A DNA stretch of 64,000 nucleotides from a candidate division WOR-3 bacterium. GTDB taxonomy: Bacteria > Hydrothermota > Tepidihabitantia > Tepidihabitantales > Tepidihabitantaceae. The DNA is taken from assembly GCA_037441285.1 (NCBI GenBank), contig JBBISL010000004.1:22398-86397 (forward strand). The letters run 5' to 3'. The notes below the pieces were generated by a model. It was not told the DNA's origin, made no database searches, and saw only the letters and a program-made list of their open reading frames with translations. A program made the position numbers and the translations under genes. Of the stretch, positions 1 through 9,220 are shown piece by piece (positions within the stretch are counted from its first letter, which is position 1; each line of letters starts with the position of its first letter).

Positions 1-156
1 TCTCGCTCCGCAATCCTCCATCACCGGGTTGAGATTAAAACCCTGCTGCGGCGACATATCGGCACGGTCATTGACATTGACGATGAAGGTCGGGTTATTC
101 TTCGCACCGACTCCGGCAAACTGGCGTTGTTCAGCGCTGGACAGGTTCGTCAACTC
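1..156 (+). CDS. birA: Biotin--[acetyl-CoA-carboxylase] ligase BirA, C-terminal fragment (5' end lies outside the window). Frame 1 reads ...IDIDDEGRVILRTDSGKLALFSAGQVRQLR*.
   Basis: The C-terminal SH3-like segment has the BirA-type G..L.....G......SGEV pattern. It sits immediately upstream of coaX, the classic birA-coaX (Baf) arrangement. Confidence 0.45.
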
Positions 157-158
157 CG

Positions 159-893
159 ATGATTCTCACCGTCCTGGTCGGTAATTTTAACACCCGGCTC
201 ATCCTGTGGGATAACAATCGTATCAAGATGCGGAAAATCTTACCCACAAGCCAGGTGTCAGACCGACTGAATCGGCTCATCCCCACCCGTGCGCTGAAAG
301 GCGCCGCAATCGCTTCGGTTGTACCCAGAGTTACCTTACAGTTATATCGCGCCCTCTGTCAGCACACTAAAACCTTACTTGTCACTACCCGCACCCCCAC
401 ACCCCTGAAAATTGTTTACCGCCGGAAGTTGCTCGGTATCGACCGGCTCTGTGCTGCGGTCGGTGGCTTTCTCCGCTATCAACGGGACCTTATTGTTATT
501 GACTTCGGCACCGCCATAACCTTCAACATCGTCCACTACCGAGAAAAGACATTGCTCGGCGGTCCAATCCTGCCCAATGCCCGGATAATGCTTGCCGCCC
601 TTGCTGACCATACCGGCCAGTTGCCGATGGTTAAAATGCGCCCGCGCGAAAATCCAGTTGTTATAACTACCAGCAGCGCCATCCAGTCAGGTGTTTTTAA
701 CCTGATTCTCGGTGGCATTAACCGAATAATTGAACAAATCCGCTGCCGGACAAAGGCGCGTTATCAGATTATCGCCACTGGTGGTGGAGCCCAATTTTTT
801 AGTAAAAGATGTCAACTGATTAACAAAGTTGACCCGGAACTCACCAGTTTCGGGTTGGCTCAAATATACTACTTTAACCGGAGGACAAAATGA
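159..893 (+). CDS. coaX: Type III pantothenate kinase
   Basis: N-terminal ...LVGNFNTRL... and internal IVIDFGTAITFNIV resemble the CoaX/Bvg accessory factor actin-fold motifs. The size is right and it follows birA. Confidence 0.75.
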   Translation: MILTVLVGNFNTRLILWDNNRIKMRKILPTSQVSDRLNRLIPTRALKGAAIASVVPRVTLQLYRALCQHTKTLLVTTRTPTPLKIVYRRKLLGIDRLCAAVGGFLRYQRDLIVIDFGTAITFNIVHYREKTLLGGPILPNARIMLAALADHTGQLPMVKMRPRENPVVITTSSAIQSGVFNLILGGINRIIEQIRCRTKARYQIIATGGGAQFFSKRCQLINKVDPELTSFGLAQIYYFNRRTK

Positions 894-1450
894 ACTCTCC
901 TAATAAAACTGGTGTTTTTATCGATGTTCAGAATGTTCAGGAAACATTTGAAAGACAGGGTAAAGAGGTTCGTTACGATGCAGTTATCCGTCATATACTG
1001 ACCACGGGACACCGGGAACGGGAAAGTTGTAAGTTCGTCGCGTTTGTCCCATTCCGTCGTGACGATGAACGACGCCAGCGTTTGATCGACGCCCTATCGT
1101 TTCAGGGTTACCGGGTAGTTGCTAAACCGGTGCGGGAAAGACCGGACGGCACAATCAAAGCCAATATGGACATCGAAATCACCCTCGAGATTCTCTCAAT
1201 GAGTGACTGGCTCGATGAAATTGTCCTTGTAACCGGTGACGGTGATTTTGTCGCTCTTGTCGACTGGCTCTCAAAACGGGGTAAGCGCGTTATATCAATC
1301 GGCCTGGGCCGGGGTTTCACCTCGGTCGAATTGATTCGTGCCTGTGACGAATACATTAACCTTGATGAAATTGAAGGAGCGGTGAAAGCACAATTTCCCA
1401 ATAAGGAGTGGGAACAACCACCTCCGGGAACGACTCTGCCCGCTCCATGA
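890..1450 (+). CDS. NYN/LabA-like domain protein (predicted PIN-like ribonuclease fold)
   Basis: GVFIDVQNV... and ...IVLVTGDGDFVALVDWLSKRGKRV match the NYN/LabA (DUF88) signature. Start overlaps the coaX stop (ATGA) and stop overlaps the tsaB start (ATGA). Confidence 0.65.
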   Translation: MNSPNKTGVFIDVQNVQETFERQGKEVRYDAVIRHILTTGHRERESCKFVAFVPFRRDDERRQRLIDALSFQGYRVVAKPVRERPDGTIKANMDIEITLEILSMSDWLDEIVLVTGDGDFVALVDWLSKRGKRVISIGLGRGFTSVELIRACDEYINLDEIEGAVKAQFPNKEWEQPPPGTTLPAP

Positions 1451-2139
1451 ATCAGGTCTATCTTGCGCTCGACACCAGCGGTATTCGGACCGCGCTGGCG
1501 CTGGTCCAGAACGATAAGCCGCTCTACGAAACCACGACCACCGCGCCCTATGGCCATAATGAAAAACTGCTCGATTTAATAAAAGAAGCGCTCGACCAGA
1601 CCGGACTAACATTAAAGCACATCACCGCAATCGGACTCACCATCGGTCCCGGTATGTTCACATCCCTGCGGGTGGGATTGAGTGTCGCAAAAGGACTTGC
1701 CTTAACCGGAAAACTGCCTGTTAAAGGGGTCAATACACTTTATGCCCTTGCCGCAACCGCGGGTGAACATTCCCGTCCGGTGCTGGCGTTAATTGATGCC
1801 CGGCGCGCTCAACTCTATGTTGGTTTTTACCATAAAAGCAACGCCCTTTTAAGACCAACAGTTCTCTCTCCGGAACAACTACCAGCAATCATTTCGCAAC
1901 TCCAGTTGACCACCGCTCTACTCTCGATTGCCGGTGATGGCGCTCGAATTGCTATGCCACTCCTCAACCAACTCGGTATCGCTCTTGAACATACTGGCGT
2001 CTTGTATCCGTCACCAATTACGGTGGCACAAATCGCCCGAAAACTACTTGACCGGGAAGGACCGGACGACATTAACGAACTTGAACCACTTTACCTGCGC
2101 CGAACCGATGCCGAATTAAAACGGACGGGCATTGGTTAA
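1447..2139 (+). CDS. tsaB: tRNA threonylcarbamoyladenosine (t6A) biosynthesis protein TsaB (YeaZ)
   Basis: MNQVYLALDTSG...LKHITAIGLTIGPGMFTSLRVGLSVAKGLA is the TsaB/YeaZ inactive Kae1 homolog pattern. Confidence 0.8.
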   Translation: MNQVYLALDTSGIRTALALVQNDKPLYETTTTAPYGHNEKLLDLIKEALDQTGLTLKHITAIGLTIGPGMFTSLRVGLSVAKGLALTGKLPVKGVNTLYALAATAGEHSRPVLALIDARRAQLYVGFYHKSNALLRPTVLSPEQLPAIISQLQLTTALLSIAGDGARIAMPLLNQLGIALEHTGVLYPSPITVAQIARKLLDREGPDDINELEPLYLRRTDAELKRTGIG

Positions 2140-3110
2140 AGCACCGCCTGTAACTGAGCAATCACACCCTGATACCCCCAATCGCCAATCAGAGTGTGAT
2201 ACTGATACCCGATAAGGACCTTCAATCTCCCCTCAATAATATCCAGCCCCAGCGAAGCCAGCGCCCGTCCCTGCAATTTGCCGTTATCCCGGGAAATCAT
2301 TTCCAGGCGAGTTCCAGGCACAAAAAAACCAAAATCGTTACTTCCTTCAATAAATCCTGCAACCGTCACCCGGTTCTGAAATCGTCGGTAAACAAACTCC
2401 ATTTGGGACAAAAACCCCTTTTCCTGCAATCGTGCCTCACCCGCAAGCCCTAACCAGCGCACCGCCTCCGGATAAACCCACCCGTAATATCCACTAACAC
2501 CAAACCAGATGTTCTTCTCGGCGAAAGGCTTGCCGAGAAAACGACCACTAATATCCTTCCAGCCGTTGTTGTCCCCGCTATTCGGCCCTGACCCATTGAC
2601 AATGGTGCCAAACAATCGGTAATCAAATTTTCCCGGACAGGGTGGAGCATAGGACAAAGTTAGTCCAATATCCCGGATATCACCTGGTTTAAGCACCTCC
2701 GAATACAGAAGCGAATAGTCCTCCAGTCTCAAATCCTGTTCCCGGGTTTCGCTCTCAAAATTAAGCGGGGTTTTAAACTGTCCGAGACGCAGCACCAATC
2801 CGTTTTCCCCCCGGAAATCGACAAACAGGTCACGCAGATAGAGACGGCTAAAATCAAACTCCATCCGGGCGCCAACCCCTTTCGCCACTTGACCGTTCAA
2901 TCCCAAGACCGCCAGCTGTCTTTGAAACTCAAACCCGGTTGTTACCCATCCGCTGTTGTCTATTCCCTCCCAGAACAGGGCATAAACTTTAACAACGCCA
3001 TCAACCGTCAATCGGTCGGGCACAACGGTGATTTCAGCATACAAACGGGAATTGGGCTGATAAATTACAATTCCTGCAACTACCCAGAAAAGAATTGCCC
3101 TACGCCTCAC
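2136..3110 (-). CDS. Hypothetical secreted or outer membrane protein, possibly a porin-like beta-barrel
   Basis: N-terminal signal-like hydrophobic segment; alternating amphipathic beta-strand character rich in aromatics and Gly. No confident family assignment. Confidence 0.35.
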   Translation of the reverse strand: MRRRAILFWVVAGIVIYQPNSRLYAEITVVPDRLTVDGVVKVYALFWEGIDNSGWVTTGFEFQRQLAVLGLNGQVAKGVGARMEFDFSRLYLRDLFVDFRGENGLVLRLGQFKTPLNFESETREQDLRLEDYSLLYSEVLKPGDIRDIGLTLSYAPPCPGKFDYRLFGTIVNGSGPNSGDNNGWKDISGRFLGKPFAEKNIWFGVSGYYGWVYPEAVRWLGLAGEARLQEKGFLSQMEFVYRRFQNRVTVAGFIEGSNDFGFFVPGTRLEMISRDNGKLQGRALASLGLDIIEGRLKVLIGYQYHTLIGDWGYQGVIAQLQAVL

Positions 3111-3134
3111 TAAGTCACCTTGTTATTCAAAAAA

Positions 3135-3229
3135 TGGCGGAGGCGGGTAGGAATCGAACCTACCGGTCCACTTATCGCAGACCATACGGATTTGAAGTCC
3201 GCCAGGCACACCAGCACCCATCCGCCTCC
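3135..3229 (-). tRNA. selC: tRNA-Sec (anticodon UCA), selenocysteine tRNA
   Basis: The reverse complement folds into a 95-nt tRNA with an 8-bp acceptor stem (GGAGGCGG/CCGCCTCC). The anticodon loop CUUCAAA gives anticodon UCA; GGACTTCAAATCC matches E. coli selC there. It has a long variable arm, T-arm GTAGG-TTCGATT-CCTAC, discriminator G and encoded CCA. Confidence 0.8.
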
Positions 3230-3239
3230 GCATACGCCG

Positions 3240-5210
3240 TTAATGCTGGACAATAACCTTCCTTACCTCCTTGCGTCCAGCGTCGTCCACCTGAAGGAAG
3301 TACACCCCTGCGGGTAACCTACGAACATCCAGTCTCAATGTTCTTGACCCGCTACCACCATCACTATTGAAGGCGAAGTTCCATTTCTGCACCAGTGCAC
3401 CGGTCCGGTCATACATCCGAAGATTAACATTTCCCATCGGCGTTCCGGTTAAATGCACCAGCCCCTCGGAACGGACCGGGTTCGGAGCAACCGTTACCGC
3501 CGATATCCCGGAAAACCGCTTCGGTTCGGCAACCGCCACGCTCTCCTCCCAGACCACAACTTCCGCCCGGAGGGTATCGTTAAACCGCCGTTCATCTTCA
3601 GATAGTTCACTCCAGGATGTGACGCTAAATAATCCGCTGCTCTCAGCCCGAAAAACACCAAATTCTATTGTATCAAGCATCCCGGGAGTGAGAGTCAACC
3701 AGACACTATCACGATAATCACCTGGACTCACTGCCAGTTTTATCCAGCAACTGTCCCGATTTATCGATAGGTTTTTCACCACCCCCACCGGTACAAATGA
3801 ATCTTCAATCCATAACGACTCCGGAACAACCAGGGCGGTCATAGCAAAATCGTGCTGTACCTCGTAAAACTTCCCGATTAGCAGGTCGTAACTGGTTGAG
3901 TCGTTAAAACTCGCACCGCCGATATAGATGAACCCATTGCGGCTTGTAACAATCCGGTAGCCCAGGTCTTCATTATGACTTGCCGGATCGTCCCAGAGAT
4001 AAGAATAAAGCACATTGCCGCTGTTATCGTATTTCAGCACCCCAACATCACGAACCGTAGACCGCGTATCAACATTCCCAATCACCAGCACTTGACCTAA
4101 AGAGTCAACGACAATATCCATTCCTTCATCTTCTAAACTGGCGCCATCGTAACGCTGGGTCCAGCGTGGCACTCCGGCTGGTGTGTAAGACACCGTGGCA
4201 ATGTCATAATCGGTTACATCATCAAGACTTGTGCCGGTGACAAACACATTTCCGGAAACGTCCAGCGTCAACCCGTAAAGCAAATCCTCATTATTGGCTG
4301 GATAACGGTTGTAAGCACGTGCCCAGAGTGAATCGCCGTTTCGGCTATACTTCATTGTGAAATAGTTGTAATCCTGATTGTCATCATAAACAATGCCGCC
4401 GATGACAATTGTCCTGGTTACCGGGTCGAATTTAATCTTCATTCCGTAATCATCGCCCACCCACGGGTAGTTATTCTTGCGCCGCAACCAGCTACGCGTG
4501 CCAGCTGGGGTATAGCGGATTGTTGCGATATCGTAATCGGTGCCGTCATCGTAACTGGTGCCGGTAACATAAACATTGTTCGAGTCGTCAACGCAAATAG
4601 CATAAGCGATGTCTTCATCATATTCAGGTGTTCGGTTGTAGTACCTTAACCATACGGTATCGCCGGTTGCTCCGTTGTAACAGATAGTGCAGTAATCGAT
4701 ATTACCAATACTATCTGAACAGTAACCGGTAACAATCAGCCTGCCCAATCGGTCCAGAACGAGCGCCAGCGCCGCGTCGTCCTGATTAAACGCCCGGCTC
4801 CAGGTCTTTGCCCAGAGCAACTGACCGGTCGCGGAATATTTCATCGTCACCCAATCAATATCTGCCACGGTGTCAATCGTCCAACCACAAACATAAACCT
4901 GACCCAGACTGTCCACCACCAGTGCCGCGGCTGAGTCGTCCTGATGCACTCTGCCATCATAGGTGGCGCTCCAGATTAGTTGACCGGCTGAATCGTACTT
5001 CTGGACGATGATATCTGAAGTAGGTGGTGTGGTAACCGTGACCCCGGTCACAAAAACATTACCAGCGTTATCAACCACCATATCAGAAAATATCTCTTCG
5101 TTATTACCGATGCCATCAAACTGCCGCAACCAGGCGGTATCAAGCTGAGCAATCGCGGTTCCGAATAATGACACCGTTATCAGAACAAACATCTGACAGA
5201 TATGTTTCAT
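3240..5210 (-). CDS. Secreted beta-propeller repeat (SBBP-like) protein with a Por/T9SS C-terminal sorting domain
   Basis: Signal peptide MKHICQMFVLITVSLFGTAIAQ. Many ~45-aa repeats follow the pattern VYVTG...D.DY.T.KY. The C-terminus LRMYDRTGALV...GVYFLQVDDAGRKEVRKVIVQH fits the Por secretion system CTD (TIGR04183-like). Confidence 0.65.
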   Translation of the reverse strand: MKHICQMFVLITVSLFGTAIAQLDTAWLRQFDGIGNNEEIFSDMVVDNAGNVFVTGVTVTTPPTSDIIVQKYDSAGQLIWSATYDGRVHQDDSAAALVVDSLGQVYVCGWTIDTVADIDWVTMKYSATGQLLWAKTWSRAFNQDDAALALVLDRLGRLIVTGYCSDSIGNIDYCTICYNGATGDTVWLRYYNRTPEYDEDIAYAICVDDSNNVYVTGTSYDDGTDYDIATIRYTPAGTRSWLRRKNNYPWVGDDYGMKIKFDPVTRTIVIGGIVYDDNQDYNYFTMKYSRNGDSLWARAYNRYPANNEDLLYGLTLDVSGNVFVTGTSLDDVTDYDIATVSYTPAGVPRWTQRYDGASLEDEGMDIVVDSLGQVLVIGNVDTRSTVRDVGVLKYDNSGNVLYSYLWDDPASHNEDLGYRIVTSRNGFIYIGGASFNDSTSYDLLIGKFYEVQHDFAMTALVVPESLWIEDSFVPVGVVKNLSINRDSCWIKLAVSPGDYRDSVWLTLTPGMLDTIEFGVFRAESSGLFSVTSWSELSEDERRFNDTLRAEVVVWEESVAVAEPKRFSGISAVTVAPNPVRSEGLVHLTGTPMGNVNLRMYDRTGALVQKWNFAFNSDGGSGSRTLRLDVRRLPAGVYFLQVDDAGRKEVRKVIVQH

Positions 5211-5368
5211 TTGTCCTCCTCGCGGATAATTTTATTCATCTTTTACAATTTACCGCCAAATCCCCCTCCTGTCAATCCATACCAACAGTTATGCAACGCT
5301 TGACCAAAAACAAATTATTGACATATTTATATCTAATAAGTTATAAGTTAAACGAAAGGAGCAACGCG

Positions 5369-6589
5369 ATGCGGTTCGTTATTCCCCTCCTATTTATCTT
5401 TACAATTGTCTTTGCCCAGTGGACCGCTATCGGACCTGCTGGTGGTCCGGTTTACTCCGGCGGTATCAGTCGCACCAATCCTCCGGTCATTTACTTCTCA
5501 CCCTATGCCTACCCGACAAAATTGTTAAAGTCCACCGATGGTGGCACAACCTGGGAGTTTACCAATGGTAGTCTCAGCACCTACCCGCGGGATATTATTG
5601 TTCACCCCAGCAATCCTGATATCGTTTACGCCCTGACCGGTTCTGCCATTTACAAAACAACCAACGGTGGTGCTTCCTGGACCATTAATTCAATCCCTTC
5701 CAATCACTACTTTTTCACATTCACTATCAACCCGCTGAATCCGGATGAACTTTTCGCCGCCGGGTATAATTACACCGGCGGTGCCGCCCGATTGGCATTT
5801 GCTCGCAGCACCAATGCCGGTGTCAACTGGACTACTGCTATTTGTGATACGACATCGGCTTCCTATGGTTATTCAATTGCCGTTGACCCGATTGATACAA
5901 ATGTCGTATATGTCGGTGGCTATCGCAGTAATGGAGGCACTACAACACTCTATCGTTCGTTCGATAAAGGAGAAACCTGGGAAGAAATCGCTCTGGGTAT
6001 CAATGGTTATTATCCCTATGCCATTCACATCAATCCGGCAAACAACAACATTATTCTGATCGCTCCTTACTCAAGCGGAATCTACCGTTCCACCGATCGC
6101 GGTGCAAGCTGGACCCGGGTCTCAGCCCTCACCAGTGTCTACCGAATAGTTAACGCTTCAGGAGAACCAGCGACCGTTTATGCCACAAACAGTGGTGGTA
6201 TCTATAAAAGCACCGATTCCGGTCTAACCTGGACAAGGATTGGAACTACTGTGCTCGGCACACCTTACTACTGCCTCCTTACAAATCCTGTTGAACCAGG
6301 CACAGTTTATCTTGGCACCAAGGTTGGCTTATACCGTTCTACTGACTACGGTGTCACCTGGGAGAATACCACAACCGCCATCTCCTTTAATAAAACTACG
6401 GTAATTGCCCTTGCCGCTGATGACGCTACCATGTATACCGAATGCCTTGACAATGCCGTCTACCGTTCAACCGACAATGGTGCATCCTGGGAACGGTGCC
6501 CGGAGTTTCTCTCCTGCGGCAACATCTGCGGAATAGCTGTCCATCCTTCTGACCCGCAAACCGTCTGGGCGCTTGAAGGGTCAGGTTGA
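5369..6589 (+). CDS. BNR/Asp-box repeat beta-propeller protein (Ycf48/sortilin-like), N-terminal segment ending at an in-frame TGA
   Basis: Start at ATG 5369 (MRFVIPLLFIFTIVFAQ signal peptide) preceded by AAAGGAG. It has at least eight S-x-D-x-G-x-T/S-W repeats, e.g. STDGGTTWE, TTNGGASW, STDRGASW. Confidence 0.6.
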   Translation: MRFVIPLLFIFTIVFAQWTAIGPAGGPVYSGGISRTNPPVIYFSPYAYPTKLLKSTDGGTTWEFTNGSLSTYPRDIIVHPSNPDIVYALTGSAIYKTTNGGASWTINSIPSNHYFFTFTINPLNPDELFAAGYNYTGGAARLAFARSTNAGVNWTTAICDTTSASYGYSIAVDPIDTNVVYVGGYRSNGGTTTLYRSFDKGETWEEIALGINGYYPYAIHINPANNNIILIAPYSSGIYRSTDRGASWTRVSALTSVYRIVNASGEPATVYATNSGGIYKSTDSGLTWTRIGTTVLGTPYYCLLTNPVEPGTVYLGTKVGLYRSTDYGVTWENTTTAISFNKTTVIALAADDATMYTECLDNAVYRSTDNGASWERCPEFLSCGNICGIAVHPSDPQTVWALEGSG

Positions 6590-7576
6590 GGCAACGCTGA
6601 GCTCTTTAAGAGCACAGACGGCGGGTCCGTCTGGACACAGGTTGAAAGTTATCTGGTTGATGGTGCCACCCTTGCCATTTCGCCCCACAATCCCGATATG
6701 ATCTTTACAGCCGGTTACGGCTATATCAACAGTGTCTATCGAATTCAGACCTCTTATAGCACAAATGGCGGTACCACCTGGAACCATGATACCCTTGAGG
6801 ATTCGGTTGCCCGTGTTAATGCCCTGATTTTTGACCCTTATGAACCAAACCGCATTTTTATGGGCGGCGACTCAATGTACTCCTACAAACTCCTTCTGGT
6901 AAGCACTGACCTGGGTACAACCTGGAGCCACACCGGAAATGGCTTAACCGGCACGGTTTATTGTCTCGCTGCTGCACCAACCACCCCTGGGCTGTTCTTT
7001 TCTGGTACCAGTCAGGGGCTGTTTTTCTCCACTGATTACGGCAACAATTGGACTCGCACCGGCACCTTCAGCTATGTCAAAGCGATTTGCGTCTATCCGG
7101 AAAATGAAAGCATTGTCTATGCCGGCACAAACAACGGCGTTTATATCACAACAAATGGTGGCACGGTCTGGCAGCAGATTAACGAAGGGTTACTCAACCT
7201 CAATGTCGTTGCGCTTGCTTTACGCACCGGTGCAAACCCTACAGTTTTCGCCGGAACCAGTGGCGCGGGAATTTTTACAACCTCACCACCCACCGGTTTT
7301 GCTCAACAACAACCAGCAGCATCACGGGCGCTTAAACTGACACCCAACCCATCTCGCGGATCCATCAGGTTAATTGGCTTAACCCGGACCGAAAATGAAA
7401 TCTCCTGTTTAATCTATGACCGCACCGGACGACTCCTGCTTTCGAAAACACCGCAACCGACAATAGATAATAACGCCTGGTATATCGATTTGCACCACTT
7501 ACCCTCGGGCACTTACTTCCTCGGTATCAAAGATGGTCATCAAACGGTGTTTCAGTCATTAATAATATCAAAGTAG
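6590..7576 (+). CDS. In-frame continuation of the BNR-repeat protein carrying a Por/T9SS C-terminal sorting domain (first ATG at 6698)
   Basis: It is in the same reading frame as 5369..6589. Translation right after the TGA continues GNAELFKSTDGGSVWTQV... with more BNR repeats. It ends in LKLTPNPSRGSIRLIGL...YFLGIKDGHQTVFQSLIISK, a T9SS CTD. There is no signal peptide of its own. Confidence 0.55.
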   Translation, partial: GNAELFKSTDGGSVWTQVESYLVDGATLAISPHNPDMIFTAGYGYINSVYRIQTSYSTNGGTTWNHDTLEDSVARVNALIFDPYEPNRIFMGGDSMYSYKLLLVSTDLGTTWSHTGNGLTGTVYCLAAAPTTPGLFFSGTSQGLFFSTDYGNNWTRTGTFSYVKAICVYPENESIVYAGTNNGVYITTNGGTVWQQINEGLLNLNVVALALRTGANPTVFAGTSGAGIFTTSPPTGFAQQQPAASRALKLTPNPSRGSIRLIGLTRTENEISCLIYDRTGRLLLSKTPQPTIDNNAWYIDLHHLPSGTYFLGIKDGHQTVFQSLIISK

Positions 7577-7645
7577 GAGAGGCGAACGGTTTTAGCAACT
7601 CTTTAAATCAGTTGACGGTAACCGGAAAAGTGCTATCTTGAACTG

Positions 7646-8548
7646 GTGGCATTGACAGAACATTACGAGCGTCATTTAACAAACTTTCTTAACTACTTAG
7701 AAAAAGAACGCCGCTTTTCTCCCCACACGGTCCGCTCGTACGAAGTGGACCTCCGCCAGTTCTTTGACTTCTGTACTGAACAACTTGGGGCAAAAGCAGT
7801 TCAACAACTCACCCGCTCTGACATTCGGGACTTCCTGGGCGCGGTTCTCCGCTACGGCTACACTGGAAAAAGTGCTCTCCGAAAGTTGTCCTGCCTTAAA
7901 TCATTCTTTCGTTATCTCATCTCTACCGGAGATATTATTCAGAACCCTGCCCGTGGCATAAAAGGACCACCGGTCGAAAAGCAACTCCCCCCCTTTATCA
8001 CTCAGGTGCAAATCGCCCAGGTTCTGAACAGTGTAGACGATTCACCCCGAACGCTACGCACCGCTGCCATTCTTGAAACAATCTACGGCTCAGGTTTACG
8101 CGCTTCAGAACTTGTCGGACTCAACCGTTCTGACATCGACTTTGAGCACAACACAATCCGGGTTCGGGGTAAAGGGGGTAAAGAACGGCTCCTGCCCCTG
8201 GGAAGTAAGGAGAAATCGGCTTTGCAAAAATACCTTGCGGTACGGGGCTATCCGGACGCGGAACCGCTATTCCTCAACAACCAGGGTAAAAGGCTCACCA
8301 CCCGTTCAGTTCAAAATATCGTACGGCAGGCTTTAAGCCAGATTGCTGGTATCACCGCCACTAATCCTCATGCCCTCAGACATGCCTTTGCCACCCATCT
8401 CTTAGAACGCGGTGCCGACCTGCGAGCGGTTCAGGAACTCCTTGGTCACTCCTCGTTATCGTCCACCCAGGTTTACACCCATCTTACCGTTGAACGTTTA
8501 CGCAAGATTTATGACAAAGCCCACCCGCGCTCCGGTACTAAGAAGTAG
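7646..8548 (+). CDS. Tyrosine site-specific recombinase, XerC/XerD family
   Basis: The N-terminal SAM-like domain matches (HTVRSYEVDLRQFFDF). The catalytic domain has ...HALRHAFATHLLERGADLRAVQELLGHSSLSSTQVYTHL, giving the R..H..R..Y residues. Confidence 0.8.
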   Translation: MALTEHYERHLTNFLNYLEKERRFSPHTVRSYEVDLRQFFDFCTEQLGAKAVQQLTRSDIRDFLGAVLRYGYTGKSALRKLSCLKSFFRYLISTGDIIQNPARGIKGPPVEKQLPPFITQVQIAQVLNSVDDSPRTLRTAAILETIYGSGLRASELVGLNRSDIDFEHNTIRVRGKGGKERLLPLGSKEKSALQKYLAVRGYPDAEPLFLNNQGKRLTTRSVQNIVRQALSQIAGITATNPHALRHAFATHLLERGADLRAVQELLGHSSLSSTQVYTHLTVERLRKIYDKAHPRSGTKK

Positions 8549-8560
8549 GTTGAAACATCA

Positions 8561-9031
8561 TTATAAAATTTTTACCCGGCACCGGGGTAACTTCCGCCCT
8601 TTCCATGAAGTTTTCCCCAAAATTGTTAATAAAACCGAAGCAAACCCCAACCCGCTGGCAACAGTCATAGCCAGGGGATAAAGCAAAATAACCTTGCGGG
8701 GTAATTTTATTTTCATTACTACAATTGTCCAGATTATTATGGCAAGTAATACCGTGCCAACTGCGGCATAGAATTGACCGTTAAAATCCCCCCTGATCAA
8801 TCCCATCCCAACCTCCACTAATGGATGCCAGGTTATCAATAACATCCAGCACCAGACAAACAGCGCCGGTATCAAACGATAATCAAAAATTGCAAAAAAG
8901 TTCTTGCTAAAACCCCGCAATGCCGAAACCAACCCTTCGTACATTCGGGTTGAAACGCAGTCGCTGGCGTCTATCATTCGCCATTTCATTCCCGCCTTTT
9001 TGCTCCGCTCCTGGATTACCATCACCCACAC
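8561..9031 (-). CDS. Hypothetical integral membrane protein
   Basis: 3-4 predicted TM helices; no recognisable family. Confidence 0.3.
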   Translation of the reverse strand: MWVMVIQERSKKAGMKWRMIDASDCVSTRMYEGLVSALRGFSKNFFAIFDYRLIPALFVWCWMLLITWHPLVEVGMGLIRGDFNGQFYAAVGTVLLAIIIWTIVVMKIKLPRKVILLYPLAMTVASGLGFASVLLTILGKTSWKGRKLPRCRVKIL

Positions 9032-9220
9032 TCCTCAAATCTCGCCCCCTAAACCGTGCCAGCCATAATGAAAACATAAGTGAACCAGAACAGAATGAAA
9101 TAAGCGGGAACAGCAAGCGGATAACCCTCAACTAACCCTCCGAATTCCCGGGTTGACGCAAATTAAGTTGATAATCGTCGTGACGTTCGTAGATTTTGAT
9201 ACGCCGGTGCATAATTTCAA

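Noticed and set aside
3120-3317. 65-aa plus-strand track ORF
   Set aside because: It is fully occupied by the selC tRNA on the opposite strand and the end of the neighbouring cargo gene.
6587-6589. Calling the in-frame TGA a bona fide selenocysteine codon
   Set aside because: The position is a Gly/Ser-rich linker between BNR blades, not a redox motif. The downstream hairpin derives partly from BNR-motif codons (TDGGSV), so a pseudogene or sequencing error is more parsimonious. It is kept as a finding, not annotated as Sec.
7646-8548. Assigning the recombinase specifically to XerC versus XerD
   Set aside because: The C-terminal tail (LGHSSLSSTQVYTHLTVERLRKIYDKAHPRS) is intermediate between the two and no partner gene or dif site is visible.
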